Notes: generated from the sequence alone by a model not told the origin. A stretch of 32,000 nt of DNA from Aliivibrio fischeri ES114 (GCF_000011805.1 NC_006840.2), one strand, 5' to 3'. Positions 9,457 through 16,504 are shown, counted from the stretch's first letter. Numbers and translations are program-made.

Positions 9457-9942
9457 ATGGGTAAAACAAAACGTGAAGTAACGTTACGCTTTTTAGCTGA
9501 GCCGGGCGATGTAAACTTTGGTGGTAAGGTACACGGCGGTGCGGTAATGAAATGGATCGACCTCGCGGCTTATGCATCAGCGGCGGGTTGGAGTGGGAAA
9601 TATTGCATTACCGCATATGCCGGTGGCATTCGTTTTGTTGAGCCTATTTTTGTTGGCAACCTTGTGGAAGTGACAGGTAAAGTCATCTATACCGGAAAAT
9701 CGTCTATGCACATCGCTATTGATGTGCAAGCAAGTGACCCTAAAGAGCAGAATAATCGCTTAACGACGCACTGTATCGTTATCATGGTGGCGGTTGATGG
9801 AAATGGTAAACCGACATCAGTTCCTGAGTGGGTACCAGAGACAGAAGAAGACATAAAATTAAGGGATTCGGCTATCAAACTGATGAATATGCGTAAAGAG
9901 ATAGGCGAAGAGATGGAAGCACATGTTCAATACTTAAAATAG
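9457..9942 (+). CDS. Acyl-CoA thioesterase (hotdog fold, YciA/Acot-like)
   Basis: Pattern LRFLAEPGDVNFGGKVHGGAVMKWIDLAAYASA...AYAGGIRFVEPIFVGNLVEV matches the hotdog acyl-CoA thioesterase core. SD AAAGGA lies 7 nt upstream, and the gene starts 32 nt after sbcC. Confidence 0.8.
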   Translation: MGKTKREVTLRFLAEPGDVNFGGKVHGGAVMKWIDLAAYASAAGWSGKYCITAYAGGIRFVEPIFVGNLVEVTGKVIYTGKSSMHIAIDVQASDPKEQNNRLTTHCIVIMVAVDGNGKPTSVPEWVPETEEDIKLRDSAIKLMNMRKEIGEEMEAHVQYLK

Positions 9943-9967
9943 AGTAAAATTTCCTATTGTTTTTTCT

Positions 9968-10019
9968 ATGCGCAATATAATTTTAAAATGTATGTTTTAG
10001 CCTGAATTATATTGCGCAT
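9968..10019. repeat. Perfect 15-bp inverted repeat with a 22-nt spacer
   Basis: ATGCGCAATATAATT (9968-9982) and AATTATATTGCGCAT (10005-10019) are exact reverse complements. No U-run follows on either strand. Confidence 0.9.
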
Positions 10020-10110
10020 GCCTTCTAAATGACGCTGATATAGACACAAAATCTACTTTGGTGTGTATTAAGATAATACAACACGCACAATAAGGTAGAG
10101 GAATAAACTA

Positions 10111-10542
10111 ATGGCATCATTACCAGACGAAAATCAAAAACGCTTTGTAGCCATCTTAAATAAAAAGATGGATTTAGGGCGTACACTCAATGTACTTGGC
10201 CATATTAGTGTCGGCTTATCTGATTTACTTGAGCAGAGTGATGCAGAGTTTGTTGATTACTATGATAAAGATAAACACCACCATCCTAATATCTCTCATT
10301 ACCCATTTATTGTTTTAAAAGCGCCAAACTCGAATAAAATCAGAACTATTCGTGAGCAAGCGTTAGAGCTTGGTATTCAATTTACGGATTTTACTCATAC
10401 GATGATTGAAGGTGGCTCTATCGTTCAACAACAGACAACCAGTGAAACGAAGGATGAAGATTTCGAATACCTTGGAATATGTTTGTTTGGGGATACTGAA
10501 ACTATTAAAGGGATCACCAAAAAATTCAGTTTATATAAATAA
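10111..10542 (+). CDS. DUF2000-like protein (PTH2-like fold family), function unknown
   Basis: From memory, the layout KRFVAILNKKMDLGRTLNVLGHISVGLS ... FTDFT ... YLGICLFGDTETIKGITKKFSLYK resembles DUF2000 family members. SD GAGGAA upstream. Not verified by search. Confidence 0.55.
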   Translation: MASLPDENQKRFVAILNKKMDLGRTLNVLGHISVGLSDLLEQSDAEFVDYYDKDKHHHPNISHYPFIVLKAPNSNKIRTIREQALELGIQFTDFTHTMIEGGSIVQQQTTSETKDEDFEYLGICLFGDTETIKGITKKFSLYK

Positions 10543-10761
10543 CTATTATGTTATTTGTTCAGTTTCTATCTAGCGTTTAAAAAGTAAGAAATGGATAAAT
10601 AATTTAGTAGATGTTAAAGGATAGGGGAAACAAGTTTATTTAAGGGTTGCATTGCCAAGTTCATTATATAGAATGGATCGGACTACTAGTTTGGTAGTTC
10701 GGTCAGTAAAGGATTTACGACCTATTATTATAAATGGAATGTGACTAATTAGGATGTACAC

Positions 10762-10926
10762 ATGATTTTCCAACTAACATCAGGCCCATTGTTAGAGCCT
10801 ACAGAAGGTTCACCCCATCATACTGGTTTCAAATCATCAGTTGTTCTTTCTCTGCGTTTCTTCTCGTCTCAGTTTCTCGCGTTTCACTTCTTCTCGTATT
10901 TTCGATTTCTCCGTTTTTATTCGTAA
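10762..10926 (+). CDS. Candidate leader peptide / small ORF (54 aa) with a Phe/Tyr-saturated C-terminus
   Basis: Hand translation: MIFQLTSGPLLEPTEGSPHHTGFKSSVVLSLRFFSSQFLAFHFFSYFRFLRFYS*. AGGA lies 7 nt upstream of the ATG. There are 9 Phe and 2 Tyr in the last 22 codons. It lies 111 nt upstream of the first aromatic-amino-acid permease gene and is absent from the ORF track because of its size. Confidence 0.4.
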   Translation: MIFQLTSGPLLEPTEGSPHHTGFKSSVVLSLRFFSSQFLAFHFFSYFRFLRFYS

Positions 10927-11037
10927 TTAATCAGCTCTAATTTCAACCGCGTTATCTTTGTGGGTAATTTCTTGCGCGTTGAATTTGACAAAAAATAAAA
11001 CTAAAGCTCAAACTCGAATAAAAGTAAGGGAAACATT

Positions 11038-12192
11038 GTGAATTTAAAATTAATCGGAAGCTCACTTATTATTTCAGGTACTGCGCTAGGCGCTGGTATG
11101 CTGGCAATCCCAATGGTATTGGCTCAATTTGGCCTACTTTGGGGTACTGCTCTAATGTTGTTTATCTGTCTTGGAACAACATATGCCGCTTTATTGCTGC
11201 TAGAAGCGAGTATTAATGTTGGTGGTGGTTTAGGTATGAACACCATCGCTCGTAAAAGTTTAGGTAAAAGTGGACAAATTATTACTAATGGTCTGCTTTA
11301 TGCGCTTTTAATCTGCTTATTAATGGCTTACATCTTAGGTGCTGGTGATCTATTAAATAAGCTGTTGCGTGGTATTGGTGTTGAGTTGTCACTCATTCAA
11401 AGCCAGATTGCATTTACATTGGTTGCCGGCATTATTGTTGCTTCGGGAACTGCAGTTATCGATAAATTAAACCGTGTTTTATTTGGCATTATGCTGCTGA
11501 TGCTTGTTTTAACGCTTGTATTTTTAGTTCCTGACATATCGTTTGAGAATATGACACAAGTGACGAATTCAAGTACGACCGATTTAGTTAAAACCAGTGC
11601 AATTATTTTTACCAGTTTTGGTTTTATGGTTGTTATCCCATCATTAGTGTCTTACAACCATGACGCAACACCAAAGCAACTGAGAAATATGGTTATTCTT
11701 GGTTCATTAATCCCATTAGTTTGTTACCTAGTATGGCTTTATGCTGTGGTTGGTAATTTAACGGCTGAACAACTGATTCATTTTACAAATGTCTCTGAGT
11801 TAATCTCTGTATTTAGTGCAGAACATGCATTTATTAGTGTTGTGTTATCTGGTTTTACAGGTCTTGCTTTATTAACCTCATTCTTAGGTGTAGCAATGGC
11901 GCTTTTCACTCAAAACCAAGATATGTTTAAACAGAACAAAGTAGTAACTTATGTTATTAGTTTTATTCTGCCACTGACTGGCGCTATTTATGCGGCTGAT
12001 CAATTCTTATCTGTTTTAAGCTACGCAGGGATCATCTTAGTTTTCTTAGCGGTCTTTGTACCTCTTGCAATGGTGGTAAAACTAAGAAAATCAGAGAATG
12101 CCGAGAAAACATACATTGCGGAGGGTGGGGTAGCTATGCTGACTTTCTCTTTTGCTTTTGGTGGTTTTCTTCTGATTTCACAAGTGATCTAA
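11038..12192 (+). CDS. Aromatic amino acid permease, HAAAP family (TyrP/Mtr/TnaB-like), copy 1
   Basis: N-terminal SGTALGAGMLAIPMVLAQFG matches the TyrP/Mtr/TnaB motif (GTTIGAGMLAMP). About 11 predicted TM segments, about 385 aa. GTG start with AAGGGA 6 nt upstream. Substrate (Tyr, Trp or Phe) cannot be determined. Confidence 0.8.
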   Translation: MNLKLIGSSLIISGTALGAGMLAIPMVLAQFGLLWGTALMLFICLGTTYAALLLLEASINVGGGLGMNTIARKSLGKSGQIITNGLLYALLICLLMAYILGAGDLLNKLLRGIGVELSLIQSQIAFTLVAGIIVASGTAVIDKLNRVLFGIMLLMLVLTLVFLVPDISFENMTQVTNSSTTDLVKTSAIIFTSFGFMVVIPSLVSYNHDATPKQLRNMVILGSLIPLVCYLVWLYAVVGNLTAEQLIHFTNVSELISVFSAEHAFISVVLSGFTGLALLTSFLGVAMALFTQNQDMFKQNKVVTYVISFILPLTGAIYAADQFLSVLSYAGIILVFLAVFVPLAMVVKLRKSENAEKTYIAEGGVAMLTFSFAFGGFLLISQVI

Positions 12193-12303
12193 TGTTATAA
12201 GCTCTTATTTACGGTGTTGTCACATACTATGAATAAGAGCACATCATATCGACAATCTAATTACAGTGTTGATATAAATTTGTTTCAAAAAGAATGATAT
12301 ACA

Positions 12304-13470
12304 ATGAATTTTAAATTATTTGGTAGTGCGTTAATTTTATCTGGTACAGCATTAGGCGCAGGGATGCTGGCTATCCCTATGGTATTGGCACAGTTTGGAT
12401 TGTTTTATAGCACTCTACTAATGTTGATTATCTGTGCAGGAACAACATACGCAGCTTTGCTATTAACAGAAGCATGTTCAAAAACAGAATTAGCATTTGG
12501 GATTAATACTGTAGCAAATAAGACCATTGGTAAAGGTGGTCAACTTGTTACTAATGCTCTGTTCTATCTTTTATTATTTTGCATGTTAATTGCTTATATT
12601 TTAGGGGCAGCAGATTTAATTAAACGTATATTTTCTATGATGAATGTAGAAATGAGCATTGAATTTGCTCAGGTTGCATTCACCTTGTTTGCGAGTGCTT
12701 TTGTTGTTTGTGGAACACAAATTATTGATAAGCTAAATCGACTGTTGTTTTTCTTTATGATTTCCATGTTGGTGTTGACTTTAATCATTCTAATTCCAGG
12801 TATGACAGTGGAAAATCTATCGCAAGTAACAAACCATGATAAAGGTATGCTATTTGATACCAGCACGATTTTGTTTACTAGCTTTGCCTCTATGCCAGTA
12901 ATTCCTTCGTTAGTTGCTTATAATAAGGAAGCGACAAAACAACAATTGCGAAATATGGTTATTCTAGGATCGATCATTCCATTGATCTGTTATTTAGTAT
13001 GGCTATATGCGGTTGTTGGTAACTTAACAGCAAATGAAATTACGCATTTTTCTAATATCTCTGATTTGATTCAAACATTCAGTGCGAAGAATGAATATAT
13101 TGAAATTATTCTGTCGATTTTCACATCATTAGCATTATTGACTTCTTTCCTTGGTGTGGCGATGGCTTTATATAATCAAAATAAAGATATGATTTCACAT
13201 AATAAGATTGTGACATATGTGTGCACGTTTATTTTGCCTTTATTAGGTGCTGGTTTAGCGGCTGATCAATTCTTATCTGTACTTGGTTATGCTGGTGTTA
13301 TCTTGGTTTTCTTAGCTATTTTTATTCCATTAGCAATGGTTGTAACGTTAAGAAAAAAAGAGACAGAGGAAGTGCATCAAAACCTTCATATTTATACAGC
13401 TGAAGGTGGTAAATTAGCTCTTGGTTTAACTCTTTTATTTGGTTTATTGCTATTAATTAGCCAAATTTAA
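12304..13470 (+). CDS. Aromatic amino acid permease, HAAAP family (TyrP/Mtr/TnaB-like), copy 2
   Basis: Alignable end to end with the preceding ORF (MNFKLFGSALILSGTALGAGMLAIPMVLAQFG...; NMVILGS-IPL-CYLVWLYAVVGNLTA shared). Confidence 0.8.
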   Translation: MNFKLFGSALILSGTALGAGMLAIPMVLAQFGLFYSTLLMLIICAGTTYAALLLTEACSKTELAFGINTVANKTIGKGGQLVTNALFYLLLFCMLIAYILGAADLIKRIFSMMNVEMSIEFAQVAFTLFASAFVVCGTQIIDKLNRLLFFFMISMLVLTLIILIPGMTVENLSQVTNHDKGMLFDTSTILFTSFASMPVIPSLVAYNKEATKQQLRNMVILGSIIPLICYLVWLYAVVGNLTANEITHFSNISDLIQTFSAKNEYIEIILSIFTSLALLTSFLGVAMALYNQNKDMISHNKIVTYVCTFILPLLGAGLAADQFLSVLGYAGVILVFLAIFIPLAMVVTLRKKETEEVHQNLHIYTAEGGKLALGLTLLFGLLLLISQI

Positions 13471-13483
13471 TAGATATTATGAT

Positions 13484-13537
13484 CTGACCTGATACAGTTA
13501 ACGTAATAGTTAAAGAATATTTACTGTAGAAGGTCAG
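13484..13537 (+). promoter_or_regulatory. Intergenic hairpin whose 3' arm covers the SD of the first lipoprotein gene
   Basis: CTGACCTgaTACAGT (13484-13498) pairs with ACTGTAgaAGGTCAG (13523-13537): 7 + 6 bp with a 2x2 internal loop and a 24-nt apical loop. GAAGG (13529-13533) is the SD for the ATG at 13542. Confidence 0.35.
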
Positions 13538-13541
13538 CATT

Positions 13542-13898
13542 ATGAAATACTTAATTATTGCATTTTCTGCTTTATTTTTAGCGGCATGCGCAACTCCTCC
13601 TCCTACTTCAATGCTCGATAGTGACTGGTCAACCTTTGGTTACGAAAGAGCCATGAAAGGACAAATAGCTCAATCAGAATCACGACTAGATAAATTACTA
13701 GACGATCAAAATTTAAAATCGAGCAATTATCAAGCCTACTTAGCTGGTTACAAAAAAGGTCAGAATGAGTATTGTTCGCAAAATGCGTATATACTTGGTG
13801 TAACTGGTGGTCCATATAACGGAATATGCGATCTTATCGATTGGACTTTCCGAGAAGACTACAACAGTGGTCGATTTTCAACTGCGAATGGGATGTGA
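13542..13898 (+). CDS. Small lipoprotein, DUF2799-like, paralog 1
   Basis: Signal peptide with lipobox FLAAC. Conserved D-W-x2-G and Y-x-x-G-Y-x-x-G-x-x-x-YC-x-Q-x-x-Y-x-LG-x-x-G-x-x-Y-x-G-x-CD shared with the ORFs at 13929 and 21797. Confidence 0.7.
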   Translation: MKYLIIAFSALFLAACATPPPTSMLDSDWSTFGYERAMKGQIAQSESRLDKLLDDQNLKSSNYQAYLAGYKKGQNEYCSQNAYILGVTGGPYNGICDLIDWTFREDYNSGRFSTANGM

Positions 13899-13928
13899 AA
13901 ATAATCATTCGATGTAAGGAGACATTAC

Positions 13929-14288
13929 ATGAAAGCATTTATAACTGTAGTACTTAGTTCTTTGTTGTTTGCTTGTTCTACAACTGCACCAATCACTTCA
14001 ACGCAAGATAGTGATTGGAACCAGTATGGTTTTGACAGAGGCTCTAAAGGGTGGAACCTAGAGACACAGGAGCAATTAAATAATGCTTCAGATGGTCAAC
14101 AAATAAAAGTATCTAATTATCAGGCTTATACAGCAGGCTATGCTAATGGACAAATGAAGTATTGTCAGCAAGATGCTTATGAATTAGGTATGAAGGGTGA
14201 GGTTTATACTGGTGTATGCGACAGCATAAATAAAGATTTTAAGTATGATTACTTACGTGGCTATCATTCACACACTAAAGATATGTAA
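13929..14288 (+). CDS. Small lipoprotein, DUF2799-like, paralog 2
   Basis: Lipobox LLFAC, SD AAGGAG upstream, and the same conserved core (SNYQAYTAGYANGQMKYCQQDAYELGMKGEVYTGVCD). Confidence 0.7.
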   Translation: MKAFITVVLSSLLFACSTTAPITSTQDSDWNQYGFDRGSKGWNLETQEQLNNASDGQQIKVSNYQAYTAGYANGQMKYCQQDAYELGMKGEVYTGVCDSINKDFKYDYLRGYHSHTKDM

Positions 14289-14308
14289 ATGACTTATGGT
14301 TTTGATAT

Positions 14309-14338
14309 AAAAAATGGCGGGAATTCCCGCCATTTTTT
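14309..14338. terminator. Bidirectional rho-independent terminator
   Basis: AAAAAATGGCGGG-aatt-CCCGCCATTTTTT is a perfect 13-bp stem with A/T runs on both sides, lying between convergent genes. Confidence 0.85.
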
Positions 14339-14342
14339 ATAA

Positions 14343-14897
14343 CTAATCTACTTTAATAATATTAAAGCGTCCCATTTTCTTTAATATAGGAATGAACTCT
14401 TTGTTCACTTCAAGCATTACTTTTTTCGCTTTAGTATAAGCACTTAATTTGTCGTTGCCGTTACCATGCGAGAATAGGCGACTTTTCGGCTTATATTCAC
14501 CATCAACTAATTCTTTCCAACGAACAATATAGTAATCAGTGGTTCTTACTTCGCCAGAGAGTAGGGTGCGTTTTTTAGTGATAATATCAGGCTCAAGGCT
14601 GTGAGGAAGGCGTTCAAACAAACTTGGTGTATTTAATACTGCGTTCCAACAGCTACCCCATAGTTCTTTACCCACTTTGTTTCGTTGTTTCACTGCTTCT
14701 TTTAATGCTTTTTCGCGGCCCTCTTTTAAGCAGCCAACCGAGCGGTTATACATACCATCATCAGGTGTATGGATATGTATTTTTACGCAATTGAATGAAT
14801 GGGAAATAAAGCGATAATCACTTTTCATACCTTTCCATTCAGCTCTTAACTTTTGCGCTCTAGGAGATAGAGTGTGCTTTTTCTTATTCATATTCAT
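14343..14897 (-). CDS. Hypothetical basic protein, possibly with two AP2/integrase-type DNA-binding-like repeats
   Basis: 184-aa Lys/Arg-rich ORF with its own terminator and AT-rich upstream region. Two segments (about aa 25-80 and 118-175) each show an aromatic/beta-like stretch followed by a basic helix (..EKALKEAVKQRNKVGKEL.. and ..KLSAYTKAKKVMLEVNKEF..). The fold assignment is by eye only. Confidence 0.55.
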   Translation of the reverse strand: MNMNKKKHTLSPRAQKLRAEWKGMKSDYRFISHSFNCVKIHIHTPDDGMYNRSVGCLKEGREKALKEAVKQRNKVGKELWGSCWNAVLNTPSLFERLPHSLEPDIITKKRTLLSGEVRTTDYYIVRWKELVDGEYKPKSRLFSHGNGNDKLSAYTKAKKVMLEVNKEFIPILKKMGRFNIIKVD

Positions 14898-15056
14898 TAT
14901 GTTGTGTGTTGATGCATTAATGACAATATTACATTAATTGAGCATATTGTTAATAGTGAAGTGGTGAGAAAGCGTAAAGTTTTTGTAAAAAATAGAAATA
15001 TTTAAAATAATTGTAGTTTAGATAGCTGAATTTTGTAGTATTTTTTTGTAAAGCAT

Positions 15057-15082
15057 AAAAAAAGGGACGATAAATCGTCCCT
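15057..15082 (-). terminator. Rho-independent terminator of the sdaCB operon
   Basis: AGGGACGA-taaa-TCGTCCCT with a 7-A run on the plus strand (a U-run on the minus-strand transcript), 24 nt downstream of the sdaB stop. Confidence 0.75.
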
Positions 15083-15105
15083 TAGTAATGGAATGTCATG
15101 CTCTA

Positions 15106-16467
15106 TTAGCAAATAACTTTAATTGCTAGGCCACCCTGAGAAGTTTCACGGTATTTAGCATTCATGTCTTTACCTGTTTCAAGCATTGTCTCAATAACTT
15201 TATCAAGAGATACACGAGGTGCTGATGCACGACGTAAAGCCATACGAGTTGCGTTGATAGCTTTAACCGCAGCAATGCCGTTACGTTCGATACAAGGAAC
15301 TTGTACTTGGCCAGCAACAGGGTCACAAGTTAAACCTAAGTTATGTTCCATTGCAATTTCTGCAGCCATACATACTTGCTCTGGGCTACCACCCATAAGC
15401 TCAGCAAGACCTGCAGCAGCCATAGAACAAGCAACACCAACTTCACCCTGACAACCAACTTCTGCACCAGAGATTGATGCATTTTGTTTGTAAAGACCAC
15501 CGATTGCACCAGAAGCTGCAAAGTAACGGATGTAATCTTTCTCAGTTACTGTTTGGATAAACTTATCGTAGTATGCTAGAACAGCAGGGATGATGCCACA
15601 TGCGCCATTAGTTGGAGCGGTAACAACACGACCACCAGCCGCATTTTCTTCGTTTACAGCAAATGCGTACATGTTAACCCAATCAACTACTTCCATAGGG
15701 TCGTGAGACGTTTTTTCAGAAGTCAGTAATTGTTGACGTAGAGCTGCAGCACGACGAGGAACACGTAGAGGTCCAGGAAGGATGCCTTCAGTATTCATGC
15801 CTTTTTCCATACAGTCACGCATGGTTTTCCAGATCTTAGCAAAATAAGTACGAACTTCATCTTCTGCAAGAATCGCGTGTTCGTTTTTCATTACTAGAGT
15901 ACTGATAGATAAGCCGTGCTCTTTACATAAATCAACAAGTTCAGAAGCATAGTTGAATGAGTAAGGAACTTGGATTGATGATTCTACTTCTTTACCAAAG
16001 TTTTCTTCATCAACAATAAAACCACCACCGATAGAGTAGTAAGTTTTAGAGTAAGCCACTTCACCGTCAATCCACGCATGGATTTGCATGCCATTTTCGT
16101 GAAGTGATAGGTTAGAAGTATGGAAATTCATTCCACCTTCTTTTGGAAATTCTACCGTGTGGCAGTGCATACCAACTGGTAAGCGCTCAGTTTCTTCAAC
16201 GCGAGCGATGAAGCCCGGAATAGAGTCAATATCTACGTGTTCTGGCGTGTTACCTGCCAGACCCATAATGATAGCGATATCAGTATGGTGACCTTTCCCT
16301 GTCAGTGATAATGAACCGTAAACATCAACAGTGATTTTAGTGATATCACGCAGTTTGCCCATGCCTCGTAAATCGTCAATAAACTCTTTACCTGCTTTCA
16401 TTGGACCAACGGTGTGGGAGCTAGAAGGACCAACTCCGATTTTGTAGATATCAAAAACACTAATCAT
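15106..16467 (-). CDS. sdaB: L-serine dehydratase (L-serine ammonia-lyase), single-chain Fe-S type
   Basis: N-terminus [23 protein letters not shown], plus [10 protein letters not shown] and [19 protein letters not shown] motifs, 453 aa as in E. coli SdaA/SdaB. The sdaB symbol is chosen only because the gene follows sdaC, as in the E. coli sdaCB operon. Confidence 0.9.
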   Translation of the reverse strand: MISVFDIYKIGVGPSSSHTVGPMKAGKEFIDDLRGMGKLRDITKITVDVYGSLSLTGKGHHTDIAIIMGLAGNTPEHVDIDSIPGFIARVEETERLPVGMHCHTVEFPKEGGMNFHTSNLSLHENGMQIHAWIDGEVAYSKTYYSIGGGFIVDEENFGKEVESSIQVPYSFNYASELVDLCKEHGLSISTLVMKNEHAILAEDEVRTYFAKIWKTMRDCMEKGMNTEGILPGPLRVPRRAAALRQQLLTSEKTSHDPMEVVDWVNMYAFAVNEENAAGGRVVTAPTNGACGIIPAVLAYYDKFIQTVTEKDYIRYFAASGAIGGLYKQNASISGAEVGCQGEVGVACSMAAAGLAELMGGSPEQVCMAAEIAMEHNLGLTCDPVAGQVQVPCIERNGIAAVKAINATRMALRRASAPRVSLDKVIETMLETGKDMNAKYRETSQGGLAIKVIC

Positions 16468-16482
16468 GTAATTACCTCGAAT

Positions 16483-16504
16483 AAGCCCCCAAAAGAGGGG
16501 GCTT
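16483..16504 (-). other. GC-rich intercistronic hairpin between sdaC and sdaB
   Basis: AAGCCCCC-aaaaga-GGGGGCTT (8-bp stem) lies upstream of the sdaB SD (GAGG) on the minus-strand transcript. No long U-run follows it. Confidence 0.4.

Noticed and set aside
10706-10718. GTAAAggaTTTAC palindrome considered as a TyrR box upstream of the aromatic permeases
   Set aside because: The TyrR consensus is TGTAAA-N6-TTTACA. This element has only a 3-nt spacer and lacks the flanking T/A positions, so it does not fit.
10762-10926. Leader ORF considered as a TnaC homolog (tnaCAB-type Trp-sensing peptide)
   Set aside because: The peptide contains no Trp, lacks the TnaC W-x3-D-x-x-P C-terminal pattern, and has no adjacent tryptophanase gene.
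10927-11037. Looked for a classical intrinsic terminator/antiterminator downstream of the Phe-rich leader ORF
   Set aside because: I found only a weak bulged stem, CAACCGCG (10945-10952) with CGCGTTG (10975-10981), and it has no U-run after it. I therefore cannot support a pheL-style transcription attenuator, which is why the finding is framed around possible SD sequestration instead.
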